Positions 1 to 14,438 of a stretch of 64,000 nucleotides of DNA are shown here, piece by piece. Source of the DNA: Octopus vulgaris. Taxonomy: Eukaryota. Made by a program: the position numbers and the translations under genes. The stretch spans positions 117,118,001 through 117,182,000 of the forward strand of contig OX597814.1 of NCBI GenBank assembly GCA_951406725.2, given 5' to 3'. How positions within the stretch are numbered: position 1 is the stretch's first letter; each line of letters begins with the position of its first letter. The notes beneath the pieces are model-generated. The model did no database searches. It saw nothing but the letters and a program-made list of their open reading frames with translations, and had not been told where the DNA came from.

Positions 1-610
1 AAAGTGAGAAGAGATGGCATTTTTAGGGGATAGCTTTTTTAATTTTAATGATAATGTTTACAGTAAGTTATGACTTTCAAGCTTCAAATAGCCGTTTACA
101 AACTGAAGAATATATGTTTCACTGGTTGCTTAAATAGAAATATAATTAGATAGTAAAAAATGTATATGAAAAACATAAGAAAAAAGATATTAATAATGAT
201 GATGGAGAATAAGTTGAAGAAGAAGAATAAAGAAAGAAAAATAAGTAGAACAAGAATAAGAAAGACAAAGAAAGAAGAAGAGGCGGAAGAAGATGCAGAA
301 AGAGAGAGAAAGGGAAAATAAAATAAAGGTAAGAGTAAAAGTAAATATAAAAATAAAGATAGTAATTGTAAACAGATGGCGAAGGAGTGTTGAGTACACC
401 AAGAATACAGAAATGGAATATTTTGGAGAGGTGAATGTCATTGAATTGTCAGATGACCACTGGGTTGCCTGCTGATTTCAGGACACCTATTCATTTAGTT
501 CTCACACGTGGTATGATGTACACAACTCTAAACATACTATATGTATATATACATACACACATATATATGCATATGCATATACATATATATATGTATATAT
601 ATATATTTAT

Positions 611-1048
611 ATATTATAAAAATAGGGTTCAGTAAAATAATTTACTTTACCACACACCGAACTTTTTAGAAATAGCAGCCAAGAATTTTAGCTATTTCTT
701 CTACTGTAAGAAAAATCTCCCAGACAATGCATACTCAAAAATAACTCACACAGGTATAGAGGGAAACATACCGAAAGATCACACTATATAAGATTACCTG
801 AGAACATGCCCATTTCTGGATTAGTTGATTATAATGATCAACATTCCCTTCGTCAGCTCAAGGATTTCTGAGATTTGGATTTGAAAGTAATAAAAATCAA
901 ACATACCCGTCTGGTACGAGTAATCCCAGACAAACCATATCAGACCGCCAGTACCAACGAATTTAAAAATACAAGTGAGGCCTCGCATTCGTCCCCTTCC
1001 TCCGTGTGGTAAAATAAATTATTTTACTGAACCCTATTTTTATAATAT
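611..1048 (-). mobile_element. PLE-derived non-autonomous element with ~45 bp inverted termini and internal hammerhead motif, in (TA)n
   Basis: 612-655 TATTATAAAAATAGGGTTCAGTAAAATAATTTACTTTACCACAC is the reverse complement of 1004-1047 (1 mismatch). Minus-strand gag-CTGACGA...GAAA...GTT-ctc at 800-859. Confidence 0.7.
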
Positions 1049-1150
1049 ATATTTATATATATATATATACACAATATATACTATATATGCATATGTATAT
1101 ATATACATATATATATATTTATATATATACACAATATATACTATATATGC

Positions 1151-1190
<40 letters not shown>

Positions 1191-2345
1191 TATTGATATT
1201 GATATACGTACACGCGTCTTAATCCTTCAGTCACATATATGCATACACACACACACACACATACATACATATGTATTCAAGCATGCATGCGTAGCTATTT
1301 TGGAAAATGTGTTTGTTAAAAGGCGATATTAGTGCTTTTGCGCATATATACATACTTGGGATTATCTATAGTTTTATCTATAGTTTTATCTGCTTCCACA
1401 TCAACCGATCACAAACAGAATAATTTATAAGTTGTTTTTATAAGCATTTATAAGTTGTTCATACATACATTTTTTTGTTTATGTATATATATATATATTT
1501 ATACAGATTTGTTTTATTCACATTATTCCTGCACAGGTACAACAGGATTTAAGTATCCGGAATACTATTTCGCGCCTTTGTACGTGTTATGCTAGGTACA
1601 CAGCAGTTAATAATTAGGAAAATTCTATTAAATTCGAACTCGTGCAGTGTACTTTTAGAGAGCATTAAAAAGATGGGCAAAAAAGTAATAATTGGAATAC
1701 GTAGCAAGTAGAAAATGACGGACAAATAAACGACCATTAAATCTACCTGTTTATGTAGTAGATTTAAGAATGTGCTTCAATTTACCGGTAACAGTAATGA
1801 AATTAAATGCTTTACAGAAACAAATTCCGCCATTGATGTGATATACAATGTTGTAAAGGAATCACATAAACTTACAACCAGGCTCGTTTATTTTACAGTA
1901 GCGGATTTTCGGATTAAATATGAAATATTTTTTTAAGATCATTTTGAGTTCAGAAATATTCATAGCAAAATTTTCAATTTAGTTAATATAACCGTAAGAA
2001 TTACTGCAGGGAATGTGCTAAAATTCCTTAATCTACTTTCTCATATTATTAAAAAATACTCTGTGTAATATTTCATTATTTTGAATACAAAAATAAGAAT
2101 AATATTAACGAAACAATAACAAGAAAAATAATACTAATAATAATAATTTCAAATTTTGTCACAAGACCAGTATTTTTAGGGGAGGGGAAAAGCCAGTGTT
2201 CAACACGTACTTCTTTTATCAGCCTCTAGAGGATGACAGGCAAATATGACCTTGGAGAAATTTTAACTTAGAATGTAAAACCAAAAGAAATGTGGCTAAG
2301 TGTATGGTTCATCGTACAAACGATGCTGCTACGTCAACACATGAA

Positions 2346-2515
2346 TACTACTACTACTACTACTACTACTGCTGCTACTACTACTACTACTACTGCTACT
2401 ACTACTAATGCTGCTGCTGCTGCTACTACTACTACTGCTACTACTACTACTAATGCTGCTGCTGCCACTACTACTACTACTACTACTACTAATAATAATA
2501 ATAATAATAATAATA
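2346..2515. repeat. Compound (ACT/GCT)n-(AAT)n microsatellite
   Basis: Direct reading. Confidence 0.95.
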
Positions 2516-2519
2516 GCGA

Positions 2520-3025
2520 ATATCTGTCTGACTGATGGAAGGAACAACATACCTTCTAACCAAAACTGAAGAAGCAAAAAATTCAAAGAACCACCACCTA
2601 CAAGATACTCACATCCATGTTAACCGAAAGAATATAGACTTTCCTGGAACAGATCTCTATCCTTTCACGAGCTCAAGAAAATTTTAAGAGGAATTCTTGT
2701 GGAAGCAAAATCAATTACTCATAAATAACAATTTTAGAGAATTGCCAGAGCAAAAAGAACATGAGTATATTATGGATAGACTAGAAGAAAGATTTTGATA
2801 GTGTCACACAAGGCCCTTGAGATATACAAGATCTTTCTTGGAAGGTAGCATAGCCAAGTGGAATACACGACTCCTTCTAAACCATAGTAATGGGATGAAA
2901 CAATCTAACAATGTCAACATCAAACGAGGCATCTTTCAAGGTGACTCCTTCTCCCTATGACTCTTTTGCATGACACTGATCCCACTCTCAAACGAACTGA
3001 GTAACACCGGGCAAGGTTTCAAAAT
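2520..3025 (+). pseudogene. Degenerate R4/Dong-like LINE RT fragment
   Basis: Frameshifted WID..K.FDSV.H and GIFQGDSFS motifs, similar to 61960-62170; begins after (AAT)n. Confidence 0.7.
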
Positions 3026-3180
3026 GGCTTCTTTCAGTTTCCGTCTACCAAATCCACTCACAAGGTTTTGGTCGGACCAAGGTTATAGTAGAAGACACTT
3101 GCCCAAGGCGCCTACCACGCAGTGAGAAATTGACCCAGATCCGTGTGGTTGGTATGCAAGCTACTTACCACACAGCCACA
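3026..3180 (-). mobile_element. tRNA-derived SINE family A, 5' part
   Basis: Reverse complement of the head/core of 29913-30080. Confidence 0.8.
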
Positions 3181-4284
3181 TAGTATCTATGTAAATTTGC
3201 TTGCCGCTAGAATTTCAAACACAAAACAACGAATATACGCAATTTTCATTTGGGAACAAGATGTTTTATTGCATTGCTGTCGTTCCTTTCTATTTTACTT
3301 CCTCACGCAATGCAAAATATAACGTTTTATATACAAAATACTTTTAATATTTTGCGTTACACATACAAAAGTGTGCAGCATCCTTTTTACAAAAGTCGTA
3401 AGGACAAAACGTTGGTGGATGACATCTCTCTTCGGTTCCTCGACGGATGTTGAACTCGGAAGATAAAGGCGAGCGAAAGCATTTTGTTCGATGAAGCTAA
3501 CGATTCTGATAGCTGCCCGCCTTCAAAATAGTGTGCAATATCAAAATATAGTTGTTCAAAATTTAGTTATTCAAATTGAAAAATGCATTTCCTAAATAAG
3601 TAAAAGATCTCATTTATGTATGCAAAAATGTTGGTCATTATATTATCTATAAATAGAAAGAAATGCATAAACGTAAGCTAGCTTATCGATATTATTTGGG
3701 AGTAAGAAAAAAAAAAGGAATTAGAATATTAAACAATAAGAAATGTAAAAATAACTCCTGAGAGAATAAACAAATATTAAATTAAACTGGAAATCAATAT
3801 TTGAATAACTAAATAAATGAGGTGTAAAAATATATTGTAAAATACATATGGATATTAGAGAGACAAACATCGGATTACGAAAAATTATGGATATAAGTTA
3901 TTGAATATCAACCGAGACACATATGAACATATGTACGCAGAAATACACACAAACAAACAGAGAGAGAGAGAGACAGGGGTTGTGGATAGATAGATAGGAA
4001 CATATATGGTGTTCAATTTCCTATTACACAGTTTTCGTTCTTCTGTGTATATCTACGTATCAATGTATGCCTATATCAACAAATGTATCTACATAACCAT
4101 GCATGCGTATATATATATTGTTCTAGTTCTCGGTCGAGATGTCATACATGGGTTTCTATTTGTTTTTCTATGTAACTACTATTCGTAATCAAACATTCAA
4201 TAGGGAATAAATAATACCAAACATTTTTCTACTCTTCTGGTTTAATATTTAAATCCTTTCACTTTCTTTCTTTCTTTCTTTCTG

Positions 4285-4392
<108 letters not shown>

Positions 4393-4659
4393 TGCAGATA
4401 CATTTATATATGCTTTCCTGGCCGTCGGTATGCGGTGGACATTTCTGGGTAATGGTCTATAAGAGTTGTATTGAATGCAAACGTAGAATGCAGTTAACTC
4501 ATTCAAACAGTTCTGGTTGGTAATTGCCTAAGAGGTTTCCACAGTGTATGACCAATGGGGCGGCTTAAATAACTATGCAGTCACGCACACACAAACAAAC
4601 ACACGCATATATGCATGCGCCGGCACACACACGCACACATATACAAACACACACATCTA

Positions 4660-5040
4660 TTTTCTCATTATCTATTCTTCATTTCAGGCATTGGACTGGA
4701 GCCATGATGGGGCACGCCCATGAAGCACGTGATCGAAGAAATCGAAACCAATATAGACTTTATTTTTCCGCCTGGAGCTTAATCTGTTTGTCTCTTAAGA
4801 TTGCCCCGCTAGGTAACGGGAACAGAAAGAAATGAACACCAGTTGTCAAACGGTGGTGGCAGAGAAAGACACTTACAAGGGACCACACGTACACACATAC
4901 ACACAAATGCACCCCCTCACACAAACACACCCACATATAAACACAGACAAATGTGTTCAGCAGGCGTCTTTCAATTTCAGTGAGTCAAATCTCCTCACAA
5001 GATTATGGTCATTTCTTACCGCACAGCCATTTATGCGCCG
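4660..5040 (-). mobile_element. Degenerate SINE family A copy
   Basis: Similar to 31450-31630 and 32195-32300. Confidence 0.55.
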
Positions 5041-5082
5041 ATACCTTTAATCTGTACACATGCACACACACACACACACACG

Positions 5083-5120
<38 letters not shown>

Positions 5121-6163
5121 TATATATATATATATACATATACATATTTTATGCCAATCACATAGCCTCCTTCCAACATAGGAAGAAAGGTAAGGCTAAT
5201 ACGTTGGGCTTTGAAAGATAACGAAACACTGCATGTGTTTAAATGGGAATTGAAAAACATTATGTGAATGTCTCGAATGAATGTAGACTTAGTTTAGCTG
5301 ACAGAGCGCAGCGCCTCTTCAGATCTAACATCGCTAACTCTCTGTTGAAAGCCAAGTCAGAAAATTTCAGTAGCTCCATACATATTTATAAATATATTTT
5401 GAAGTATTGGAAAATACTCCCTATTCCTGACTGAATTGATATCTTTCCAGATTTATCATTTAAGGTCTGAGGAGGATAGCTCTTTTACCATTTTACTTTT
5501 TATTTTTTACATTTTAGTTTCTGATTTTCGTTTTCCGTTTTTGGTTTTCTGTTGTTTACTGTCTGCGTTTTCTATATTCTAGCTTCTGAATCATTTCGCG
5601 TTTCTTCTATTATTAAATTTCTTTAGTTCGTTGTTATATGTGATTTACGCCTGAAGAATATATGACACTATTAGTAGCGCTTTAATACATGTATTGTGAA
5701 CTTTATAAAAATAACACACACACACACACACACTCACACACATATAATTGTTTGAGAAAGAAGATTGATTCGAAATTCACTCACAATATAGAGATCTTGA
5801 GTTAGAAGTACTCAAGAGTAACTTGGGACGAAAGATATAAATATGTAATGCAAAGAAACAAAATCCGCAATCATGAGTTCGATTAGAAATGGATTTAAAA
5901 GTACATGATAGATTAAAAATACATAAATATGCAGACGTTTTTATTTAAAAAAAAAATTCGTAAGTAAATAAATATATTTAAAAATGTATATGTGTAAATT
6001 AATGGATTTTAAAGAATCTCCGGATGCAGACTTAAAATCGTTAAAACATGTTCGTATAGGTAAAAACATTGGAGAAAGTCTGAAGTGGTGATGCAAACGA
6101 ACAAAAAGATGTAATGAAGAGAGAAGTTAAAGTTCGGGCTAGTTAAAATTACTTAAAGTAGGG

Positions 6164-6252
6164 TACCAACAGCCGTTTCTGTGGCTTCATTTCGAGGGGA
6201 AAATAAAAGGATATAATACACATTATTTGGCTATCCTTCCTTCTTCAGGATA
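6164..6252 (-). ncRNA. Hammerhead-like motif in PLE pseudo-LTR
   Basis: tatc-CTGAAGA...(long stem II region)...GAAAC-GGCT-GTT-ggta. Confidence 0.5.
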
Positions 6253-6278
6253 AGGGGTTTCCCGTGTTGACAAGTACG

Positions 6279-6319
<41 letters not shown>

Positions 6320-6415
6320 TAATCCAAACAAGAAAGCACAAGAAAACACAACAACGCGAGGACGTGGAACAAATATAGTATTATTGGACGCTCAGGAAAG
6401 AAGGAAAGAAGAAGG

Positions 6416-6450
6416 GTTTAACGTTTCGAGCGGAGCTCTTCGTCGGAAAC
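6416..6450 (-). ncRNA. Minimal hammerhead motif (core U4C, probably inactive) in PLE end fragment 6313-6530
   Basis: gttt-CCGACGA-A-GAGC tcc GCTC-GAAAC-GTT-aaac. Confidence 0.6.
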
Positions 6451-6723
6451 ATAGGAGAAAGAAAGATCCACAGAAGGGAAGACAGAGGAAAAAAAATCGC
6501 CAACGGTACACACGAGGTCACAATTTGAAAGACCGATATATATATAGTTTTGGCCGTGTTGGCTGCTTCTTCTAGCATGTAAAAATTACTTGTTAAATTG
6601 TAGTTTACTTTTGAGTTTATATGTACACTATGTTAAAATAAGAATATGTTGTCTATTGACTATTTTTACATGCTAGGCCACTAGTGGCGATATTTCTAAC
6701 GAATATTCGCTACCCTATTGATG

Positions 6724-6779
<56 letters not shown>

Positions 6780-6991
6780 GTGAAATAGAAAGATGAATAA
6801 TCTTGTTGCAGATTAATCAAAAGTTTAATCGATACCTTGGTAGCAAAAATCACAGCAGAAGACAGCACGGTTGGAGGTACAACCATATGGTGTTGCAACC
6901 GTGCGTTGGTGCGGATAATTGAATTTTAATATTATTAGTGAATTGAAGAAATGGAGTTGAACGAAGATTGAACAGAAATCGTTTTATTTCA

Positions 6992-7071
6992 TTCTACACG
7001 TGTTTCGAAAGGCACAATTTACCAAATTCCGATTGAATAATGAGACCATATTGTGTCTTTCTCTTCAGGAA
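6992..7071 (-). ncRNA. Type I hammerhead ribozyme, intact core
   Basis: ttc-CTGAAGA-GAAAGACACAAT...ATTGTGCCTTTC-GAAAC-ACGT-GTA-gaa; palindromic stem III, GUA cleavage triplet. Confidence 0.8.
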
Positions 7072-7232
7072 GAAATAGGAAATCCGTTGGAAAAAACAAA
7101 AACAGAACAGAGGCGGAGCAAAACAAATCGAACTAGGCTCCTAAGAGCCCATGGTCAAACTGTTTATCAGTGTATGTTGAAAACGGGTGGTACCACCCGT
7201 TTTCAACATACCCGTTTTCACCCGTTTTCACC

Positions 7233-9015
7233 AAAATGTATTGTCAAACATGAAGTGGTTATTGTGTAGGATGAATTCAATTGATTTAGTAATGAATTCC
7301 TTACTGATCCTTTTTGGTATTTCTTCCGGAAATTGGTCTAACCAGAACTGTATTGCCTCCAGTCCATAATTATGAGGTATACTGGTATACAAGTTGACTA
7401 TAATGTTTGACAATACATTTTACCGTCAAAAATCCGGAATTGCTATGGGTACAAGGGCAGCACCAGTCATTGCGAACTTAACAATGGGATACATGGAAAT
7501 AATCATTTACCAGGAATCTCTATCAATCTTTGGAAACTCCCTCTCTCAAAACATAAAAGAGAATTGGAAACGATTCCTAGACGATTGTTTCATTCTCTGG
7601 AATGAAAACATAGATAAACTCCTAAAATTTAAAAACCTATTGAACAGCATAAACCCAAATATACAGTTCACAATGGAATACAACCAAAAGGAGCTCCCGT
7701 TCTTGGATATACTAATTAAAAAAATTAACCTTAAAATAGAAACAGACATTTTTTACAAAGCCACAGACGCCAAACAATACCTTCTTTTTAATTCATGCCA
7801 CCCAAGACACACTAAAACAAACATCCCCTTCAACCTTGCAAGAAGGATATGCACAATAGTGTCAGAACAAAATACCAGGAACTTTAGACTGCAAGAACTC
7901 AAAAACACCCTAATTGACAGACATTACCCAGCTCAACTCATAGAGGATGGGATCAGACGTGCAACAGAAATCAACATAGAAACTTTAAGAAAAGTTCAAC
8001 ACAACAACACACCTTCCCCGAAAATACTACCTTACATATCTACATACAACCCCAGAAACAAAGAAGCCTTCACCATCATCACCCAGAATTTACCAATACT
8101 TCATAAAAACCCAAAATTAAAGGAAATTCTAAACATACACCAAATCATTAAAAGCTACAAACAGCCTAAATCACTTAAAAAGATTCTCACAAAGGCAAAA
8201 TTGTCTTCTGAAATTACGGATGCAAAAGTAAAAAAATGTGGTAGATCGAACTGTGCAACATGTCCTAACCTATTGGAAGGATCAGAATTCTTCTTTAAAG
8301 AGGGACAGAAATTCAAGATCAAATCTAACTTTACTTGTGCCTCTGAAAACATAATTTATGTCATTAAATGCTCGGGCTGCCACCAAGACTACGTGGGTTC
8401 CACGGGACTATCACTCAGGCGTAGATGCACACTGCATCGACAACAAATTGCATTCCCAGAATATAGAATGATACCTTTTAGTGAGCACATTGAGAAATGC
8501 GCAAAGCAACTACTGCCACAATTTTTAATCTTCCCATTTTACCAATGTGCTTTCGGATCATCAACACAAATGAGACTGAACAAGGAAACATTCTTCATTG
8601 AATAGTACAAACCCAGACTCAACCATCCGAACATACTGACACAGAGAAATTAACAAGGAAATGGGAAAAAAATTTTTAAGCGATTATCTCCCTTACACCG
8701 GAAGAAATCACTCACTACCTCCCCTTATTTAGAAATCTCCTGAAAATAAACACAACGATAACTCCATGCAATATAAACATAACGTCACAAGAAATTTGAA
8801 AAGCTACACGCGAAACCGGTATTTCTTTAAAAATTTTCTTTAAAAATTATAAAATTATGTCATTTTAAGGAAAGGAAAAAAAATTTTTCCAATATTCTCC
8901 AGACATTTTGACACAAATATATAAATTTTTTTTAACATTTAAGCCTTCTGTCGTTTTTTCACTCTTTACCATTTTCTTATATATTCACCCACGTGCTTTA
9001 CCAAACAAACTTTCT
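7233..9015 (+). mobile_element. 5'-truncated, 5'-inverted Penelope-like retroelement (RT + GIY-YIG, with Cys linker)
   Basis: ORF 7394-8605: GIAMGTRAAP, RFLDD, LPFLD, KKCGRSNCATC, NIIYVIKCSGCHQDYVGST; premature TAG before YKPRLN. Inverted upstream RT piece NLYTSIP at 7233-7400 (-). Confidence 0.93.
8789..8827 (+). ncRNA. Hammerhead variant (U3-A8) in the 3' pLTR of the PLE
   Basis: aagaaa-t-TTGAAAA-GC tacac GC-GAAAC-CG-GTA-tttctt. Confidence 0.65.
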
Positions 9016-9025
9016 TATCTATCTA

Positions 9026-9092
<67 letters not shown>

Positions 9093-9107
9093 ATCTATCT
9101 ATCTATA

Positions 9108-9222
<115 letters not shown>

Positions 9223-10415
9223 TTACATATATATATGTGTATATGTATATATATATAAATATATGTATATATATGTGGCGGGGGGCGTCTGTGTTTGTGT
9301 GTGTGTGTGTATAATCATGCATAACAGTTTATTGAAACTGAAGCTGAAGGTTTTTCACGTCACTCGAGATTTAGCGATCCCGAAGAGAGAAATGCGTGTT
9401 GCTAGATAATTCACATTAAGAAACACTTCCCTCTACGACATATACTAATCTCTCGTGTCTCCTTCATACAACCAGCATAAAGAAACGCATGTGCCTATCT
9501 CTCGATATAAACATACGCAAAAAGATGCATTCACACTTACACTCGCATATATGAATGTGTGTGTGTCTGTATGTATACATGTATACTGGGACACGCGCAC
9601 TGTTCTGCACTCTCTAGGCATAACACCTATACATACAGGCTGGAAATTATGCTTAATATAACCTCTCAAAATATTTATTTCATTTATAAAACGTATCTTT
9701 ACTCCCATAGGCACATCAAGGAATATCATCAAAGCAATGCATTAATCCATCCTCTCTGATATATTTATGAATTGACTGCAACATTTTGCGTTTGACGTTA
9801 ATTGCCCTCGATACGACTAAAATATATTGCTTAATATGATATAGGTAATGGCAATATGCACAAATGATAAACCACATATATCTCCGCAATTTTCCATAAT
9901 TTCTCTGACCACTAATATTTATACGATGAAATCCATCCACTTATTGATATTGTCAAATGTAATTTGAATAAAATGTTAATATATAAAATTAATCGTCAGC
10001 TACCATTAACTGAGTAAACATATAACGAATTCATACCAGATCAACGATATTAACAAAAATTACAAAAAAATCAAAAAGAAATGAAAGGCTTTGGTGTATA
10101 CATGAATTTTATGATATACATTTTGCTGTGTATCTTATAAACTCTAGTAAATGGTTGTATTACGGATTCCACATCAAAGCAAATTCCGATATTCAAATAT
10201 CAATCATAAGTCTCTGACTGAATTCAGACAAACGGAGAAAATGTAAATGGTAATGTATTTAGTGTGTGTCTATCTAAGCATGAAACCCGTGCGGTACACT
10301 TATTCTGTCCAAGTGGTGCGTTTACTGGAACCGACACCGTTGCAAGCATTTGATCTGACGACCATCTCATTCTTCCTAAAATTCTGAGAAATCCGGTATA
10401 TGAATGTGTGTGATG

Positions 10416-10770
<355 letters not shown>

Positions 10771-11950
10771 ATCAATCATGATCATCGATGCACTGAAAAA
10801 CGCTCCACATATTGATATTGTGATGACAAATTTTGATAGTCCTCTGATAAACGAGAGGCTGGCTGGTGTCAGGTGAAATGTCGTTTGGCATCAACATGCT
10901 CTCCATACACTTTATCTGAATAAAAAGAAGTCCATGAAGGTTCCATCTGGAATACGTCTGCGCTGAAGCATAACCTAGCACTAAAGAGTAAATATGATAG
11001 TTGTCAGTCATTTAGCACTGGTATAATTAGAGTAAATCTCCTTTTAGTACAGTTTTCTACGTCATATAGTCTTCACTCTCTCTTTCTCACTTATATCCAT
11101 GTAAACACACACCCATATATTCTTACGTGTGTGCTTATGTTTTGTGTGTGCGAGCGTGAGTGAGTGCGTACATCTGTTTATGCGTGTGTTTGTGTGTGCG
11201 TGTTTTTGTGTAAGTGTGTGTGGGGATCCACATCTATTTCTGTAACGTTTTTTGCCGTTCTATTCTTTATTCCCCACTCTCTATAAAGATTTTGTTTCTG
11301 TTGCAATTCTATCCATACATAAAAATGTATCGCCTTCCCGAAAAGAAACAAAAAAAGAAAAAAAAAATTGGTGCCAGTGAGATAAAGATTAATAACAACA
11401 ACAAGAACAAGAAAAAAGTAAACAACAACATAACAATAGACTGCCCATACCAGATAAGCCATATCAGGAAGTAATTGATTCCCAAAGTAGTAGGAGATTG
11501 TCAACATAAATATCGAAAATATTCTCGATAAGTCTTCAGAAAATAATTTGAGATTTATTTCTTTTGGGAATCGTTGCTTTGATAATGAGAAGAGTGTTAT
11601 CGCAATTTGTGATTCTATATAGAGAAAAGATTGGAAAGAAATATCCTAATGCTCGCTCAAAACCATTCAAATGACTATCGCTATTGGTTGTTGTGTATAA
11701 GGTTACGGATGAATGTTTAGTTTTCAATAATAGAAATATAAGCGGGTTCCATCCAATAAAAATTCATAAATAAAGGAGAAAATGCAATATTACTGAAATT
11801 TATTATTAGAACTATGAATGCTGATATTTTCAATGAATGTGATGGACTTATTCATTTATAGCTAGACGTAGCTGAGTGGTACGGATTTTGTTTACAAACC
11901 TCATCGATCTAGTTTCAGTCCCGTTGCACGGTGCTTTGAATAAGTGTCAT

Positions 11951-12191
11951 CTTATTTCTTATTTCTTTATTGCCCACAAGGGGCTAAACATAAAGGGGAC
12001 AAGCAAGGACAGACCAACGGATTATGTCGATTATATCGACCCCAGTGTGTAACTGGTATTTAATTTATTGACCCCGAAAGGATGAAAGGCAAAGTCGAGC
12101 TCGGCGGAATTTGAACTCAGAACGTAGCGGCAGACGAAATACCGCTAAGCATATCGCCCGGCGTGCTAACGTTTCTGTCAGCTCACCGCCT
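11951..12191 (-). mobile_element. tRNA-derived SINE family B (Meta/MESC-like core), nested in a family A SINE (11862-11950 + 12195-12290, +)
   Basis: Head AGGCGGTGAGCTGACAGAAACG..., B box GAGTTCAAATTCC, core GCCTTTCATCCTTTCGGGGTC; other copies at 30662 and 61258. Confidence 0.85.
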
Positions 12192-12618
12192 AAAAATAAG
12201 TGTCTTCTGCTGTAAATCTGGGCCGACCAGAGAAATTTGTGCGGTGGTCACAGGCAGAAAATGAAAAGAAGCCATCTTTTCTTATATATACTTCGCGACA
12301 AATATCTACTCTCCAGCCGTGTTTTGTTCTTCATATGGTATCTGAAGTAGAAGAGCAAACCAGGTTTGGAGATGAAGGATACTCTCACGATTACAGCATT
12401 CTGGTTCTTCATGCACACTCTTTTTTACTACGACCGTACACAGAAAACATACCTCACCTTCCTGTGATAGGCCGGTTGGGGGTACAATATTTATCACAGA
12501 TTCAATTGATAACTGTAACCTTCCCCGGTGCGACAACACACGTAAATTATCAAGCCCGAAAGCTCCGGGCACTGTACAAGAGCGTGCGGGACGGTTTCAT
12601 CGTCCTTCCTGTACCTAC

Positions 12619-12850
12619 TGGTCGGCCCACAACAGGTCCTACCTGGGGGTGACGGCACACTGGCCTAAATGAAATGCCACGTCTAAGGCACGGCGGCTGT
12701 GGAAGCTGCAGCATGGGGGCGGCAGACTGGACGCGTTGAAGTGGAGGCTGGTGGTCTCCAAAATTACCAGGTGGAACTCTACCTATGACTCTGTTGTTGT
12801 CCTCAACAACCTGCTAGAGAAGATTAATGGAGCTGTCCTCAAGGTGATGA
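12619..12850 (+). pseudogene. Internally deleted hAT transposase remnant
   Basis: WSAHNRSYLGVTAHW (12619-12663) and TRWNSTY (12766-12786) in the same frame with one stop between. Confidence 0.85.
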
Positions 12851-13110
12851 TACCGCTGTAGCTGTATTAGTTTTAGTTAGTATTGGTTGTATTGAATTCA
12901 GTCCTTTGATTTGGCAAACTATAGATCAAATTTCAAAGATCCCCCTCTCTCTCTCTCTTCTCTCTCTTCTCTCTCTTCTTCTCTCCCACTCTCTATGTCT
13001 CTGTATATATGTTGTAGCATGGAAATCTAGATTTACTTACGGAGTCAGCAATTAAATATCGCCAGAGGAGATTCATATGGATCTTCTTCTACAGGTAAAT
13101 CGTTACATAA

Positions 13111-14240
13111 TCTTTATATATATAAAACTGAGAATATGTGTCTGTCTGTCTGTGTGTTTCCCTAAAACTTGAGAACTATACAGCCAATTTCATTCAAATT
13201 TTACACATGCCTTACTTAGGGTCCATGTCGTTTCATGGGCAAAAAAACTTTCAACTTCTTACCCAGAGCGAGCTCATAGCAATATCATATCTTCTCCACT
13301 ATTTCAGTATTACGTGTTAAAAGTGAAACAAAAACATTTCTCTATTTTATGTCAGATACTTTCACTTTAACAATGAAAATAATAATAACAATTGAATTAT
13401 ATGTAGTAAGTAATAATTAAAATCACACTAAAGTATAATATAATCGTAACATAGCAAAAGTAAAATGATAGCAAATGGTATAAAATTGCATCAATGACTT
13501 GAACTTGAATCAGTGGTTTCACATGAATGGGTATAAATAAAAAATAAAATTTAAGTGCAGAAATGGAATAATCCAGATGGAGGTGTGCACGGCTTTTACA
13601 TTAGATTATTTGCTAATTAGCTAGCTTTAAGCATTCTACTGAGTACCGCTGTTAGTTTATTTCTGATCCATAAAGGCCTATAGCTTCAACAGAGTACTGC
13701 TTTTTGGTTTACTGTAAGGTTTGTTGCTATTATTATTTCTGTTTAACTATTGATATCACATTTGTTGGTTCCTCGTGAGGAAAGCGTTGTTGTGTTACAT
13801 TTGTTAAATAATTGTAAACCGTAACCCTCCCTCTTTGGGAGAAGGAGCTTTGGTTATTGTTTAAAAATTGAATTGTGTCCCTGTTTGGGGAAATTGATAA
13901 TATTTTCACCGTTTACACGGAAGTAGTTTTGTTAAAATGTCTTCGATAGAAGAAAGTTCAAAAATGAATTTCGCTGCAGCCTTCGGATTGTAGCCACACT
14001 TATATACAAGAGGGAGGATAAGATACAATTGATCGAAATTACAAGAGACGGGCTAACAATTCCAGTTTGTTATATATTTTGAGTATTGTTATCACTAGCG
14101 ATATCAAAATATAACCTTGTATTTTGTATTTTATGTGTAGATGCATATATATAGATGTACATGTAATATGTACACATATATATACACATATATACATGCA
14201 CTAGCACTGTGACCCGGCAACGACGGGTCTTTAATGCTAG
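13111..14240 (+). mobile_element. Non-autonomous Helitron
   Basis: 5' TC after A; 3' hairpin GACCCG gcaacga CGGGTC (14211-14229); terminal CTAG followed by T; no TSD. Confidence 0.85.
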
Positions 14241-14389
14241 TTTAATTTAAATTTAACTCTAAATCCTGTATATATATGGATCCGTACGTATCGAAGCCTT
14301 TGTAGAGATTATTAAAAAGCAGCCTATCCGAGCATACTGTTCCTTTTGATTCTTTTACTTTTTACTTTTTTACTTTTTACTTTATGCAC

Positions 14390-14438
<49 letters not shown>

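Noticed and set aside
4551-4572. CCAAT-GGGGCGG-TTAAATA promoter-like cluster
   Set aside because: Spacing too tight and no downstream gene supported
5650-5702. CTGAAGA plus stem as a hammerhead
   Set aside because: GAAA and cleavage triplet not recognisable
12200-12652. 150-aa ORF as a gene
   Set aside because: Runs through a SINE and off-frame hAT sequence
13018-13094. Possible plus-strand exon (HGNLDLLTESAIKYRQRRFIWIFFY, donor GTAAAT)
   Set aside because: No recognisable homology or supporting exons
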